64,000 bases of DNA, taken from the NCBI GenBank assembly GCA_964016885.1, contig OZ024745.1, positions 100,068,001 through 100,132,000 of the forward strand, given 5' to 3'. Of this stretch, positions 24,368 to 36,652 are shown piece after piece (position 1 is the first letter of the stretch; each line of letters starts with the position of its first letter). The notes beneath the pieces were generated by a model. The model did not search any database and was not told where the DNA came from. It worked only from the letters and a program-made list of their open reading frames with translations. This stretch comes from Eledone cirrhosa (lineage: Eukaryota). The translations under genes were made by a program, and so were the position numbers.

Positions 24368-25341
24368 TAAATAGCACTTATAATCATATAGCAAACTCCT
24401 GAATCAATAACTAAAATAGAAATAGTATCATAGAAGCTAGCTTGTCGTCAAAACCAAGAACTATAACTCTGCTCAAGTTAAATTAGAGTTATGTTCCCTG
24501 AAATTTCCTGTTGTCTTAGCCATAAAAGGAACCCAGATAAATACCATATTTACTGTCAGCCCCAGTTGAAAAGCTAAAGGAATTATATGACTAAAGAAGA
24601 GTTCTGTCAGCTGTGAAAAAAACAAATAAAAAACGCTAGAAAACATGAAAATAAACTCCAGACACAAAGAATAGATATTAATAAATATTAAAAACAACTG
24701 ACAGAAAAATGACTGAAGCATGCTAATGCTTGCATTGGGTTTTCTTATAGCAAACTTTTGGAACCTCCTTCAGCTGATAATGATAACATGTCTTATTATC
24801 TGACTGACCGTCTGTCTATCTCAGTGGTTCCCACAGAACCCAAGGGCTCCACAAAGGAGTGTCTGGGGTTCCCTGAAGAAAGGTAGAGTATATCATGATA
24901 TAACAGTATTAGACATTGGGGTTCCTCCAAAAGTTTCTGAACCGAAAAGTGTTCCGAGTTCGAAAATATTTGGGAAACCCTGGCCTATCTATACATTTGG
25001 TACGTCTGTTTTGGTTTTTACATTTAAAAATCTTTTATTATAGAATCTCTTCATGATATATTGACATTTATTTAACTAGTGCATCTGATACTTCAATCTA
25101 CCCCACTTTCTTTGGGGAGCTACCTCTTCTTCCTTGAGCATGTTTTTCAGCTTCATTCAGATATGCTTCACGTTTAATAGAGAAATTTGTGTAAAAATTC
25201 TTTAATTCATAATTACGGCTTGACAGGTATCTATTTAAGATGGGACATTCATATCATATTGATAAACAGTTCTAGTTGTAACTCTGTAATCAATGGCATC
25301 GTTTTACATCTTGATACTAAATTAAGAACTATTGTGTTTGT

Positions 25342-25379
<38 letters not shown>

Positions 25380-25510
25380 TAGAAGGGGTATTTAATTTGT
25401 TGGAAAACCGACAAATATAAATATAAATGTTTATAACTGATTTAGAGCCCTCAACAGATTCCTGGAGTAAATATTCAATGATATTAAATAAATGGAAACT
25501 ATATTTATTT

Positions 25511-25689
25511 TTGGCAGTATCGGTAGAGGGTCGGACGCCATGCTTTCCAGCATAGTTACGTCCTTTTATGATCTGAGTTCAAATCCAGCCGAGGTTGACT
25601 TTGCCTTTCATCCTTACGGGGTCGATAAAATAAAGTACCTGTAATGCACTGGGTAATTGCTGGCCTTGTGCCTAAAGTAGAAACAATTA
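25511..25689 (+). mobile_element. SINE family A inserted into a fold-back element
   Basis: A and B boxes on + strand. Confidence 0.85.
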
Positions 25690-25873
25690 TATATATTTCA
25701 AGGGTACCAAAATACTTTGGTACGCTTTCTTCAGATAAAATACAAAGTTTGTTTTATAAATAGAAACATACCCAGGAAAATCATACCTTATCAGTTCAGA
25801 GAATCTATTCAGAGAATATCCAACTGATAAGGTATGATTTTCCTGGGTATGTCTATTTATAAAACAAACTTTG

Positions 25874-25936
25874 TATCTTATCTGAAGAAAGCGTACCAAA
25901 GTGTTTTGGTACCCTTGAAATATATATAATAAAATA
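25874..25936 (+). ncRNA. Minimal hammerhead ribozyme motif (mirror copy on - at about 25688-25742)
   Basis: tatcttat CTGAAGA aagcgtaccaaa-gtgt-tttggtaccctt GAAA tatata TA ataaaata; palindromic stem III of the dimer-forming minimal type. Confidence 0.62.
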
Positions 25937-25975
25937 AATATGGTTTTATAAATATAGTTTCCATTTATTTAATAT

Positions 25976-26017
<42 letters not shown>

Positions 26018-26019
<2 letters not shown>

Positions 26020-26155
26020 CGGAGGAAATGTGGTAAGGAACGAGGTGGACCATAATGCACCAAAGTACTCAATACTTAGGGTAGTAGAGTGGGTAATAGG
26101 AACGAGTAGGACCCCGACGGCTGAGCTCAAGCCGTTTCGACGGCTAATTCTGGAC

Positions 26156-26157
<2 letters not shown>
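26018..26157 (-). mobile_element. Second copy of the 22573 element, without the inverted arm
   Basis: Closely similar to 22573-22706; long (TA)n on both sides. Confidence 0.7.
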
Positions 26158-26216
<59 letters not shown>

Positions 26217-26248
26217 TTATTATGTAATTAAATATATATATATATATA

Positions 26249-26467
26249 TTTAATTACATAATAAACAACACAATATAATTATTTCATTACTGAAGGTTTC
26301 AAGAAACTAGATGATTGTTGTAAGAAACATCTACCCCAATTCATCAGACAAAACAATTAATAATTGTAATGAAATAATTATATTGTGTTGTTTATTATGT
26401 AATTAAATAGCTCTGTACTATACATAGAGCACTCTTCTTTCCTTTACCTTTTCTATGGAAATACTTA

Positions 26468-26468
<1 letters not shown>
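26249..26468. mobile_element. Penelope-like fold-back fragment, same family as 32822-33074
   Basis: 42-bp inverted arms 26249-26290 / 26366-26407 overlapping and flanking a hammerhead; TA/CA microsatellites on both sides. Confidence 0.6.
26278..26357 (-). ncRNA. Hammerhead ribozyme motif
   Basis: attgttttgt CTGATGA ...tagatg/catcta... GAAA c-cttca-g TA atgaaataat; stem I pairs 10 bp with G-U, base of stem II imperfect. Confidence 0.6.
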
Positions 26469-26501
<33 letters not shown>

Positions 26502-28244
26502 TTAACAATACCAAGAGTTCCAGATAGAAGGATAAACTAAAAGTCATTGTTGAATCAAATGAGAGGTTAAACAGGATTCTCTACTAAGAGGTAGAATTTA
26601 TTACCAAATCTGAGATATGAAAATTCAATAACTTTAGGATCTTTAAGTTGCAAGAAGGTTTATATTAAATACTATATTGAAAACAAAGAAAGCACTACCA
26701 CAAGAATGAAACAGATTAGGAAAACCTGGATTTTCTTCTACTCTACTGAACTTGATAATAAACTAAGTACAGGGTGGATTTTTTTTTATTGCATTTTAAG
26801 AATCATGCAAGATAAATTTGCAATACTAAGATCGTTATAGAAGCTGAGATGTGTTAATTGAAACAATCAACACATCTGAATTTCAGTCTTTATATTCTGG
26901 CCATAAATTTACTACACAAGTACTAACTGCAATTAAAGGAAAGCCTAACTAATAGACATTTTTTGCCAGGAATATGGCATAAATAAACCCAAAGACACAA
27001 TATTCTGTGATATAACAATGAACAGTAAGAGTTTAACTTCACTTCTTATAAGATCTTCATATTGTGTTCCATGCTGACAGTTTTACAAAATTATGTTTAT
27101 TCATTCCATAAAAGTTTGATTTTTTAATTTTTATTAAGAATGTCATGCAACATTAAATATATTCAAAACTGTAGCTATATAGATTAAAATAATATCATGC
27201 TGTTGAATTTATCTATCTACATAGAATTTATTTAGATGGTTAAATGATATGCATAAGCTAACAGAAGTGAATTGTAGTTGCTCATTTGAAAAAATGAAAT
27301 CATCTATTAACCCTTTAGCATTTACATTACTCTATATATACTATTGTATTTTTATGGTAAACACATTATCTCACATAATATCCCACATAATATCGAATCT
27401 GTGAGATTTTGATACCTTAACATCAGTATGAGTGACTGGTTACAGCCAATTTGAACAGAAAGAGGTGAGAGAATTCTGGCCAGATATGGCTGGTTTAAAT
27501 GCTAAAGGGTTACTATATGAAACATTTTTAAACTGGGCCAGCTGTTATTATATTTAGAGGAACTATGACCATAAGAAATTGAATTTTTTTAGATTTTTTA
27601 CAAACAATTTACACGTATTGAGAATAAATAAAAATCTACATATAACATATACATAGAATATTTGTATACATGGGTGTAAGAAATATGTATGTGTGTGTGT
27701 GTGTTTATATATACATATATATATATGTTGATATCACAGAACATCCAGTCCACACAAAAGTGGTTGTGTAGGTGTCATGACAAAAAGCGCCCAGTCCACG
27801 CTGTAAAGTGGTTGTGTAGGAGACATGGTAAAAAGGCCACACTGTAAATGTGGTTGGTGTTAGGAAGGGCATCCAGCCGTAGAAAACCTACCAGATAGTC
27901 CTATACGAGTGAGACACGGTCACCTGATCAATCTTGCTTCAAGTGGGACAATTCCTGTCTAACCCATGCTAGCGTGGAAGCAAGATGTTAAATGATGATG
28001 ATGATGGTATATATCAACAGTCGATCAACTTTCGTCAAATCGGACAGAGCAAACAATGCTTCTATTGGTCTTTCCAATTGCTAATATTATCTATTGGTTG
28101 CAACTCCTCATAGAAGGAGCAACGTGAAATAAAGTGTCTTGTTCAAGGACATAACGCATCACCTGGTCCAGGAATCAAACTCACAACCTCACGATTGCGA
28201 ATCCAATTCTCTAACCACTCAGCCACACACCTTCACTGATGATC

Positions 28245-28283
<39 letters not shown>

Positions 28284-29055
28284 GGAAGATACATGTTGTT
28301 TATGTATATTATAAAAAAATCTTTTATATTTTAAGTTGATATATAATTAAATATAAGTTTCATATTTTCCTTGATCACAAATTGGCAACAAATTCTAACC
28401 CTGGATATTTAAGAATATTTGATTGCAAATATAAGGGTGAAATGTTGAAATGTTAATGAATTGGTCATAACATTGATTGGGATAAATATTTATTTATCAT
28501 ATTAAATATTTAAAGATGTGAATAATTAAGAAGGAAATTATTTGTGATGTTCATAATAGTAACTAATATAAAATTTGTAGAAAAGAACACAAATTTCTAT
28601 AAATTTCATACTTGACAACCCAACATTTTAGGTTTTATTCAATTATGATATCTAAATATTAGTTATCCAAACATTAGCTTTTCTGTCTGACACATAATGT
28701 AGATTGGAGGAATTAAAACAGTTATCAGACACTACACTGTTACTAAGTCACTTTTGTATTAATTATTTCTTAATCAATTAATATTATCAGATACTCAATC
28801 GATTCCAAATCATGCTAGCTATCTTGTGTAAAGTCCTTTAATTCCTAAAACTAATTATACACTTCTAGTTCTCATGAGATACCTATCATGTTATGGTCTC
28901 CTAGAGAGTTGAGCAAAATTGCTTAGGTTCTTATGCAAATAAGGATACATCTAATTATTCTAATGTGAAATATGAAATAATAGTTTTATTTAGCCAGTAT
29001 GTGTTACTTTACTAGAGATCTTATATATGAATGTGTAAGTACAGTATATATATAT

Positions 29056-29165
29056 AAATGGCTTCTACAGGACTAGAACTATTTCATTCAAAGGAGATCA
29101 TCAGGAAAGGGCTTTCCTGATGATTTCTTTTGAATGGAACAATTTTAGTCCTGTAGAAGCCATTT
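29056..29165. mobile_element. Fold-back element with degenerate hammerhead (CTGATGA...GAAA...TC)
   Basis: About 54-bp imperfect arms around gg at 29110-11, adjacent to (TA)n. Confidence 0.5.
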
Positions 29166-29245
29166 CTATATTAAACATGATGTTTAAATTCTACAAATGT
29201 ATTGAGTAACTTACTAACTGTGGTTACCCCCGATTGAACCCGGGA

Positions 29246-29311
<66 letters not shown>

Positions 29312-29544
29312 AGGCAGAACAAAATAAAGTTGGGCTTGATAGAAATAGAAAGTTAACACAAAGAAGTGACATATACATAGAATAATAGAAGCTAGAATAT
29401 AGAAGCAGAACCAACAACATTCATACAACAGAATACCAGAAGAATTAGAGAATGGATCTTATAAATAACCACAAAGAGAATAATTATTTGATTAGATTTC
29501 AGTGAACACATCCAGTTGACAGGGCATGCATCTTCAGAACTTAC

Positions 29545-29589
29545 TGGTAATCCCATTGGTCCATAGTCACCTTTCTCTCCTTTTTCTCC
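29545..29589 (-). CDS. Collagen exon (GEKGEKGDYGPMGLP)
   Basis: 45 nt, five triplets, tcag acceptor, gtaagt donor; visible inside ORF 29392..29616. Confidence 0.92.
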
Positions 29590-29696
29590 CTGATAATATA
29601 TATGGCAAATAAACAATGAACATGCAATTGAAAGGTCAGCAAATCTGAATGTGTAACATCAATATTTACTGGATGACTTTAGAAAATATATATATG

Positions 29697-29849
29697 CCGT
29701 ATTTCCCATCCTCGAGGATGCACCCTAATTTTGACAACCCAAAAACTTAAAAAATAAAAAATAAATAACCTTCGGCCTCCAGGACGCATGGTAGACTTTT
29801 GAGACTTATTTTATGAAAAAAGTAGTGTCTTCGATGCCGGGAAATATGG
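29697..29849. mobile_element. pogo/Tc2-like MITE
   Basis: CCGTATTTCCC ... GGGAAATATGG-TA TIRs. Confidence 0.6.
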
Positions 29850-30052
29850 TATATAATTATCTAACAGCAAAAAATATAATAGTCTTTTTGTTTTGCTGAT
29901 TCTGACTTTTTAGCTTATACTAAGAAAAACTAGAATATGAAAAAAATATATAGAAATTTATAGAATTCTTCAAAAATGTACCTGTGAAAGAGATACAAAT
30001 GCATATGAAGAATGCATTGGCATAGAAAATAAATTAAAGAAAACATATTTAC

Positions 30053-30088
30053 CTTACTACCTGATGCACCTTTCATTCCCATGGGACC
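30053..30088 (-). CDS. Collagen exon (GPMGMKGASGSK)
   Basis: 36 nt, four Gly-X-Y triplets, tcag acceptor, gtaaat donor. Confidence 0.88.
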
Positions 30089-31799
30089 CTGATTAAGAGA
30101 AAAAATATAATCATATATATGGTTAGAAAATACAATATAGGCTATTGAATGTCTTAAATCTTCAAGAACAGCATTAATAAGGGAATTGCAATTTTAATGA
30201 GAAAATACATTAAAGAATAAGTATTCAACACTTATATAAGAATAGAAAATATAATTAGTTATTCAACAAAACAATTCCCATAAATAATGTGTAAACAAAT
30301 TAAGTGAGACAACAGAATATATATATATGTTATTTACAGTCTATCATTAGTTAAGATGTAAATAATTATATTTGAATCCATTGCTCACAATTGAGCTATT
30401 AATATATTGGTGACATGCATTAACATCAGATTTTTAATATTGTATAGTTTGATTGAATGTATTTTCATAAATTTATAGTTAAGAAATATCAGAAACATTT
30501 TGTAGGGTGGAAGGCAAGGTCCTAGAAAGCCATGTCTGCAATCTGGTTTTGATTTCTAGTAATATCTTTTTCATTTCTGTTATGTTAACCATTTCATTAT
30601 CATATTTCTGATGAAAGACACTACCAATGATTTTTAAACCATTTCGAAAATAATCAAGAATTTGGATAGATTTAGTAATATAACTAATTTTCTCATTATT
30701 AAGGAACATAGATTGACAGAGGTTCTTATGTAAAATTATGATGGAAGATTTTTAAATAAATATAAACTCTTTAAAATAAAGAACTGTGTTATCATAGAAC
30801 CAGGAGCAGTTTGAAGTAGGCTGGTATCAAAAGGGTTAATAATGGCACAGATGTCACAACTTTCATCTCTTCTTTAAATAAAAAATTACAGACATCATCC
30901 CTATGTGGGATGGTAATTAGAAATCACTTTAGTGTACCTCTCTGAGTTTATTAAAAAAACCAAGACTTATAGCTTTGTCAGGATTGGGTAGCACCTATAA
31001 CTTTTTTTCAGGACCCCTAAGACTAGTAAGAGAAGAAAAAAAACTTGTAGTTGTTCCTACAAGCCTGTATTTTGTTAAATATCAAACGAATTTATGCACA
31101 TCATCATCATCATTTTCAAACAAAATTTAACTAAAATTAAATAACTGACAGAAAGGTTGCCTTGAATGTTATATTTATCATGAAAGAAAATTTGTCCACA
31201 TAAAGGTGATGTGGAAAATGAGTGAATGTATTTAAAGCATCAAATTGAAATAATAATAATAATAATATGAATGTACATATTGTATCATCATCATTTTACG
31301 TCTGCTTTTCCCTGCTTGCAAGGGTGGGACGGGAACTGGTTCTGGCTTGATTTCTACAACTGGATGCGCTTCCTAACACCAACCTCATTTACAGTGAGTG
31401 CTGGGTGCTTTTTTTCGGTGGCGCCTACATGTCCACTTTACAGTGTGGGCTGGGTGCTTCTTTGTCGTGGCACCTCCTCGACCACTTTGCAGTGGAATGA
31501 TAGGGACCCCAGTCCTATCATCTCATTTCTACAGCTGAGTAAACTGGAGCAATTACATACTAAAGAAGATCACCACATTAAGTCACTATTAACATACTGC
31601 AGAAGATGATAAATGAATACCCAGATATGTTAAACTATAAAGTCAGCAAGATCATGAATTAATATCCAGATATGTTAAATTATTTCATAAACTGGAGGCT
31701 GGGTAAAAATTCAGCATAATTGATTTAAAAAATGCATATTTATAGATTGAATTAACAGATCAATCACAAAAATTACTTTTGCTCATTACTAGTATAAAT

Positions 31800-32560
31800 T
31801 AATACTATATGGAATTTCTAGAGTGCTTGCTATATTTCAATGTCCTGATCAAATGTTATCTAGAATAAAGCAATTTATAGCATAGATGATATGATATCAT
31901 CACTGGGTTGACAGATAAAGAACACTAACATGATTTAGAATTAATATTTAAACAATTACAAGATCATGGATTAAAATATCATGAAGAAAAAGGAAATGTA
32001 ATTTTGCAAAGAAGTGGAATATTTTAGTTATTCAATTAGTTCATCTGGAAAAAGATTATCCATGAAGAATACTAATGCTATCAAAACATTTTCCAATCCA
32101 AAGAAATGTGAATGATATATAAACCTTTGTTTTAAAAGTTGGATCCTATTGCACACTCGCTAAGAACATGGCACATTTATATTATTTAACAAATAAGTGA
32201 GTACCATTCAAATGGTCAGATGACCGTCAACAAAATTTCAATGAGTTGAAACAAGTGATTGGGGCTATAAAACCTACAAATTATAATGAAAATGTGTTAC
32301 TAATTTTGGCAGTAGATACAACTCTGGTCAGAGTTGGAGTAATTTTGTTACAATGTCAAAATGGTCTTGAACATCTATTGGCTCTCAATGACTGTATATT
32401 GAATGGGTATGAACAGAAATATTGATAAATAGCTAAAGAGGGATCATCTATTATATTTGGATTTCATAATTTTAATGTATGACATTTTGAACAATCACAC
32501 ATCACAAACTGATAATATATATATTCTCCTGAGATAAAAATATACCAGCACTTATGTATC
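31800..32560 (+). mobile_element. Decayed Ty3/Gypsy RT-RNase H fragment
   Basis: VPFKWSDDRQQNFNELK...LILAVDTTLVRVGVILLQ...EQKY..IAKEGSSIIFG resembles the Gypsy RNase H consensus. Confidence 0.65.
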
Positions 32561-32768
32561 AATGACTGCCGGTCCAAGAATCGAACCCATAATCTAACAA
32601 CTGTGAGTCCGACACCCTAATATTTATGTTTTTAATATAATGCTGTCAAATAAATAAAATAGAAATTGATTCCTTTGTATGCTGGAGTCTTTATTCTTTG
32701 TCTGGCAGCTGTAGTATTCAGGAAGAGATTACTGACTTCTAAAATAATTGCTCACTGTCTCCCCCCCC

Positions 32769-32821
<53 letters not shown>

Positions 32822-33067
32822 AATGAAGTAATTCCGTCGGAAAAGTCCAGGAAAAAAGAGTGCTCTATGTAAGCAACAGAGCTTAATTATTATTATGTAA
32901 TAAACAACATAAGGTAATTATTCCATTTACCAGTGGTTTCTTAAAAGCAAAAGGTTTTGCTTTCAATCCTCAGAATCTGAGGTAGATTCTGAGGATTGAA
33001 AGCAAAACCTTTTGCTTTTAAGAAACCACTGGTAAATGGAATAATTGCCTTATGTTGTTTATTACAT

Positions 33068-33074
<7 letters not shown>
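32822..33074. mobile_element. Penelope-like/retrozyme-type fold-back element between (TA)n tracts
   Basis: 91-bp inverted arms 32888-32978 / 32984-33074 with 1 mismatch, hammerhead in each arm; 32822-32930 homologous to reverse complement of 26366-26468. Confidence 0.7.
32986..33037 (+). ncRNA. Minimal type I hammerhead ribozyme motif (mirror copy on - strand at 32925-32976)
   Basis: att CTGAGGA ttgaaagcaaaa-cc-ttttgcttttaa GAAA cc-act-gg TA aat; core intact, stems II and III pair, stem I only 3 bp. Confidence 0.7.
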
Positions 33075-33106
<32 letters not shown>

Positions 33107-33204
33107 TATATATAAATGAAAAGTATAGAAATTGTTGTAGCGAGAAGCTAACAGTATTCCATAACATATATATATATATATATGTGTGTGTGTGCGTGTG
33201 TGTG

Positions 33205-33235
<31 letters not shown>

Positions 33236-33236
33236 G

Positions 33237-34124
33237 CATGGCCTAGAATCAAAAGGCCTTAAAATTAACCTGTCTCAGACTAAAGTTCTAGTTTGTAGGA
33301 AGGAGAATAGGGCACCAGTCCCATCCGGGAAATGGCCATGCTCAGTGTGTAGGAAAGGAGTAGGCAGAAACTCTATTTTATGTCCCAAATGCAAAGTATG
33401 GGTGCATAAAAGATGAAGTGGGATCACAGGTAAGCTAACTAAGAACATAGATTTTATATGTGGCCGGTGCTCTGGTGCAATAAGTAGCAGCAAGTGCCCA
33501 CAGAATACTAGCTCATTCCATTGCACAGATGGTTCTATAGAAATAGTGGACACCTTCCGTAACCTGGGTGACAAAATCAGCAGTGGTGGAGGGTGCTCTG
33601 AAAGTACTGTGGCTAGAGTCCGAACGGGATGGAAAAAGTTCAGAGAGCTTATACCACTATTAGCCGCTAAAGGGTTCTCTCTAAAAATGAAAGGCAGGCT
33701 GTATGATGCCTGCATACGAACAGCGATGTTACATGGCAGTGAGACCTGGGCATTGTGTGCAGAGGATATATGCAGACTGGAGAGGAACGAAGCTTGCATG
33801 CTCCACTGGATGTGTAATAGTAATATATGTGAACGGCAAAGCATAAACGAACTAAGGGAAAAATTAGAAATAGGAGGGATCAGATGTTGTTTACTCGAGA
33901 GAAGACTACGTTGGTATGGTCACGTGATGCGCATGAAAGACGACAGCTGTATAAAAAAGTGCAGGGCAATAAAAATAGACGGTAGCCACGGAGTAGGCAG
34001 ACCCAGAAAAACCTGGGACGACTTGATAAATTCCGACCTCACACACTTAAACCTCTCCAAGACAATGTCACTGGACCGAGATCTTTGGCGCTACACAGTA
34101 ATACAGAAGACCCGCCTTACCTAA
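33237..34124 (+). mobile_element. RTE-clade LINE 3' fragment (end of RT, Cys-rich CxxC region, RRLRWYGHVMR, GRPRKTW)
   Basis: ORFs 33186..33416 and 33546..34124 with an in-frame stop between them; motifs typical of RTE ORF C-termini. Confidence 0.88.
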
Positions 34125-34490
34125 GTACAAAGTGATACCTACTACAGTCAATAGGCACCTATAACAAAATACACGCCCGTCCCACCGCCCCCACCCCATC
34201 CACACCGCCCCTTTCAATGTAAAGTTATGTTGGTACCACAACATCCTGTCCGAAACAAATGAGGTCGTGTAGGTGTCACGACAAAAAAACAGTCCACGCT
34301 GTACTGTGGCCGTGTAGGTAACACGGTAAAAACCTCCCAGTCCCACACTGTAAATGTGGTTGGTGTTAGGAAGGGCATCCAGCTGTAGAAAACCCGCCAG
34401 ACAGTCCTATGCGAGCAAGACAACCAATCTTGCCTCAAGTGGGAAAACTCCCGTCCAAACCCATGCAAGCGTGGAAGATGGACGTTAAAC

Positions 34491-34550
<60 letters not shown>

Positions 34551-34562
34551 ATATAATGTGTA

Positions 34563-34905
34563 TAAGGCTTCCATCAACTGCTAGTGCCCTGCACCTTTTA
34601 ATGCAGCTGCCATCCTTCATACGCATCACATGCCCATACCAATGAAACCTCCTCTCCTGCACACATCATACAGTCTACCTTTCATTTTGAGGGAAAAGCC
34701 TTTTGCAGCTAACGATGGCAGTAGCTCCCTGAACTTCTTCCATCCCCTTCTTACCCTGGTTACTGTACTTTCAGAACACCCACCTCCGCTGCTAATTTGG
34801 TCACCTAGGTAGCAAAAGCTGTCTACTGTTTCTACAGAGCCTTCCCAACGTTTGGTGGTGCTTATTTCCTGTGGCCATTTGCTGCTTGCTGCCCTAATGC
34901 AGCTG
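34563..34905 (-). mobile_element. Internally deleted inverted copy of the same RTE LINE
   Basis: Minus-strand QERRFHWYGHVMRMKDGSCIKRCRA and GGGCSESTV...WKKFREL. Confidence 0.82.
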
Positions 34906-34925
34906 CTACATGTAAAGCCTACATT

Positions 34926-35128
34926 CTATATTTATATATACATATATATATACATATATATATACATATATACACACACATACATATATGTATACATATA
35001 TATATAGACATATATATATATATATAGACACACATACATATATGTATACATATATATATATATATAGACATATATATATATATAGACACACATACATATA
35101 TGTATACATATATATATACATATGTGTG

Positions 35129-35180
<52 letters not shown>
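34926..35180. repeat. Compound (TA)/(CA) microsatellite with higher-order repetition
   Basis: Direct reading; source of the IY-rich spurious ORFs. Confidence 0.9.
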
Positions 35181-36652
35181 TTGTGTATGTGTATGTGTGG
35201 AGGATGAAAGTAATAAATATTAAGAATGGGTGTGGAAGGAATAAAAAAAGCGAGTAATTAGTGAAGACAAGAGAAAAGGGAGAAGGAAGGAGAGGGAGAG
35301 TAGAGAAAAATTGGAGATATGAAAATGAAAAATAGATTTAAATTGGGAGAGAGTGAGAAAGAAGTGTAGGACTACATAGGTTAGTTTGTGAAGGTACTGC
35401 ATCTTTAGTTACCTTATTTACTCTTTCTTTGGTTTTGAAGTATATCTTACTTTGAAATTTAATATAATGTCCAGTTAAATTAAGATCTTCTTGCCTATTC
35501 CTTAACCCTTTAGAATTCTCTCACCTCTTTCTATTCAAACTGGCTGTAACTGGTCACTCATTAAGGTATTGTTCTCAAAATAAATAATATCAAAATCTCC
35601 TAAATTCGATATTATGTGAGATAAAGTCTTTACCATGAAAATATAATAGTAAATATAGAGTAATGTAAATGCTAAAGGGTTAATCATGTTTTTCAGATTA
35701 CCATTAATTTTGTTGTCGTTAATTTCAATAATAATTGTAAATTTATGAACCACATTTATCTCTGCTATGACCTGCCCAAATGTTGCTAAGGATGACAGAC
35801 TATGCTATATTCGAGACAAACATGGATTCTGTAATCTGCAGGAAAGACAACCTATTTAGGAAAGCAGTAACTCTGAATAAATTAAACTATAATTAATGTA
35901 TTATCTGGCTATAATTTGTATTATTGGTTTATTAATTGAGTATAATCAATATACTTTGAATGTATATCTATCCATAAGTATATTTAGGGGAGAGGAGGGC
36001 AGGAAAGGGTTCCATATGCTGTGGGGAAGGTAACCTGTTGAAGAAATCAATCAGTAACTCCAAATAAATAAAACAGTAAGGGGCAGACATGGGTTCTGTA
36101 ATTCATAGTAAAGGCAACTTGTCTATGAGAGCAGTCACTCTGAATAATAACTGAGACAGGGTGGAGAGGCTATCAAGTCTTGTCAGACAACCTTGTAGTA
36201 AGAGTTACCTTCCTTTTGTGTTGTATTTTTTGTTCGTCTGTATGAGTGAGTCAATAGTGTTACCAGTTATGATAGAATATTGTGCAGGCCGCGTGCTTCA
36301 ACAAATGGAATATTATGAATTTTATGGACTTACGCTAAGTGAGTCTAGCTACCCGATTCGAATACTCCAAATGTTAAACCACTCCACATTGCCATTAAAA
36401 CGAATGGCGAATTTTACAGGCTGCGTGATCTTGAGTTGTCGTCGGTCACCAATTATAACAACGAGGGTCATTATGATAATTAATGGTTTTACATCACGTT
36501 GGGGTCACCAATTACTTGTAAAACCTCACTAGTGTGGATACTATATCCATGCTGTAAAGTGGTTGGTGATGGGAAGGGCAACCAGCCATAAAAAAACCCT
36601 GCCAAAAATTATGGAATGCACAGCTTATAACATTTGCCCTAATTTCATATAC

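Larger units (their letters stand above)
25476..25980. mobile_element. Penelope-like fold-back element with left arm interrupted by a SINE
   Basis: Inner arms 25686-25796 / 25822-25930, outer arms 25476-25508 / 25948-25980; ends at a (TA)n tract. Confidence 0.65.

Noticed and set aside
25511-25600. tRNA gene (A and B boxes)
   Set aside because: It continues into a multi-copy SINE body and I see no acceptor stem or cloverleaf; it is a SINE head.
33546-34124. 192-aa ORF as a host gene
   Set aside because: RTE retrotransposon C-terminal fragment, 5'-truncated with an upstream in-frame stop.
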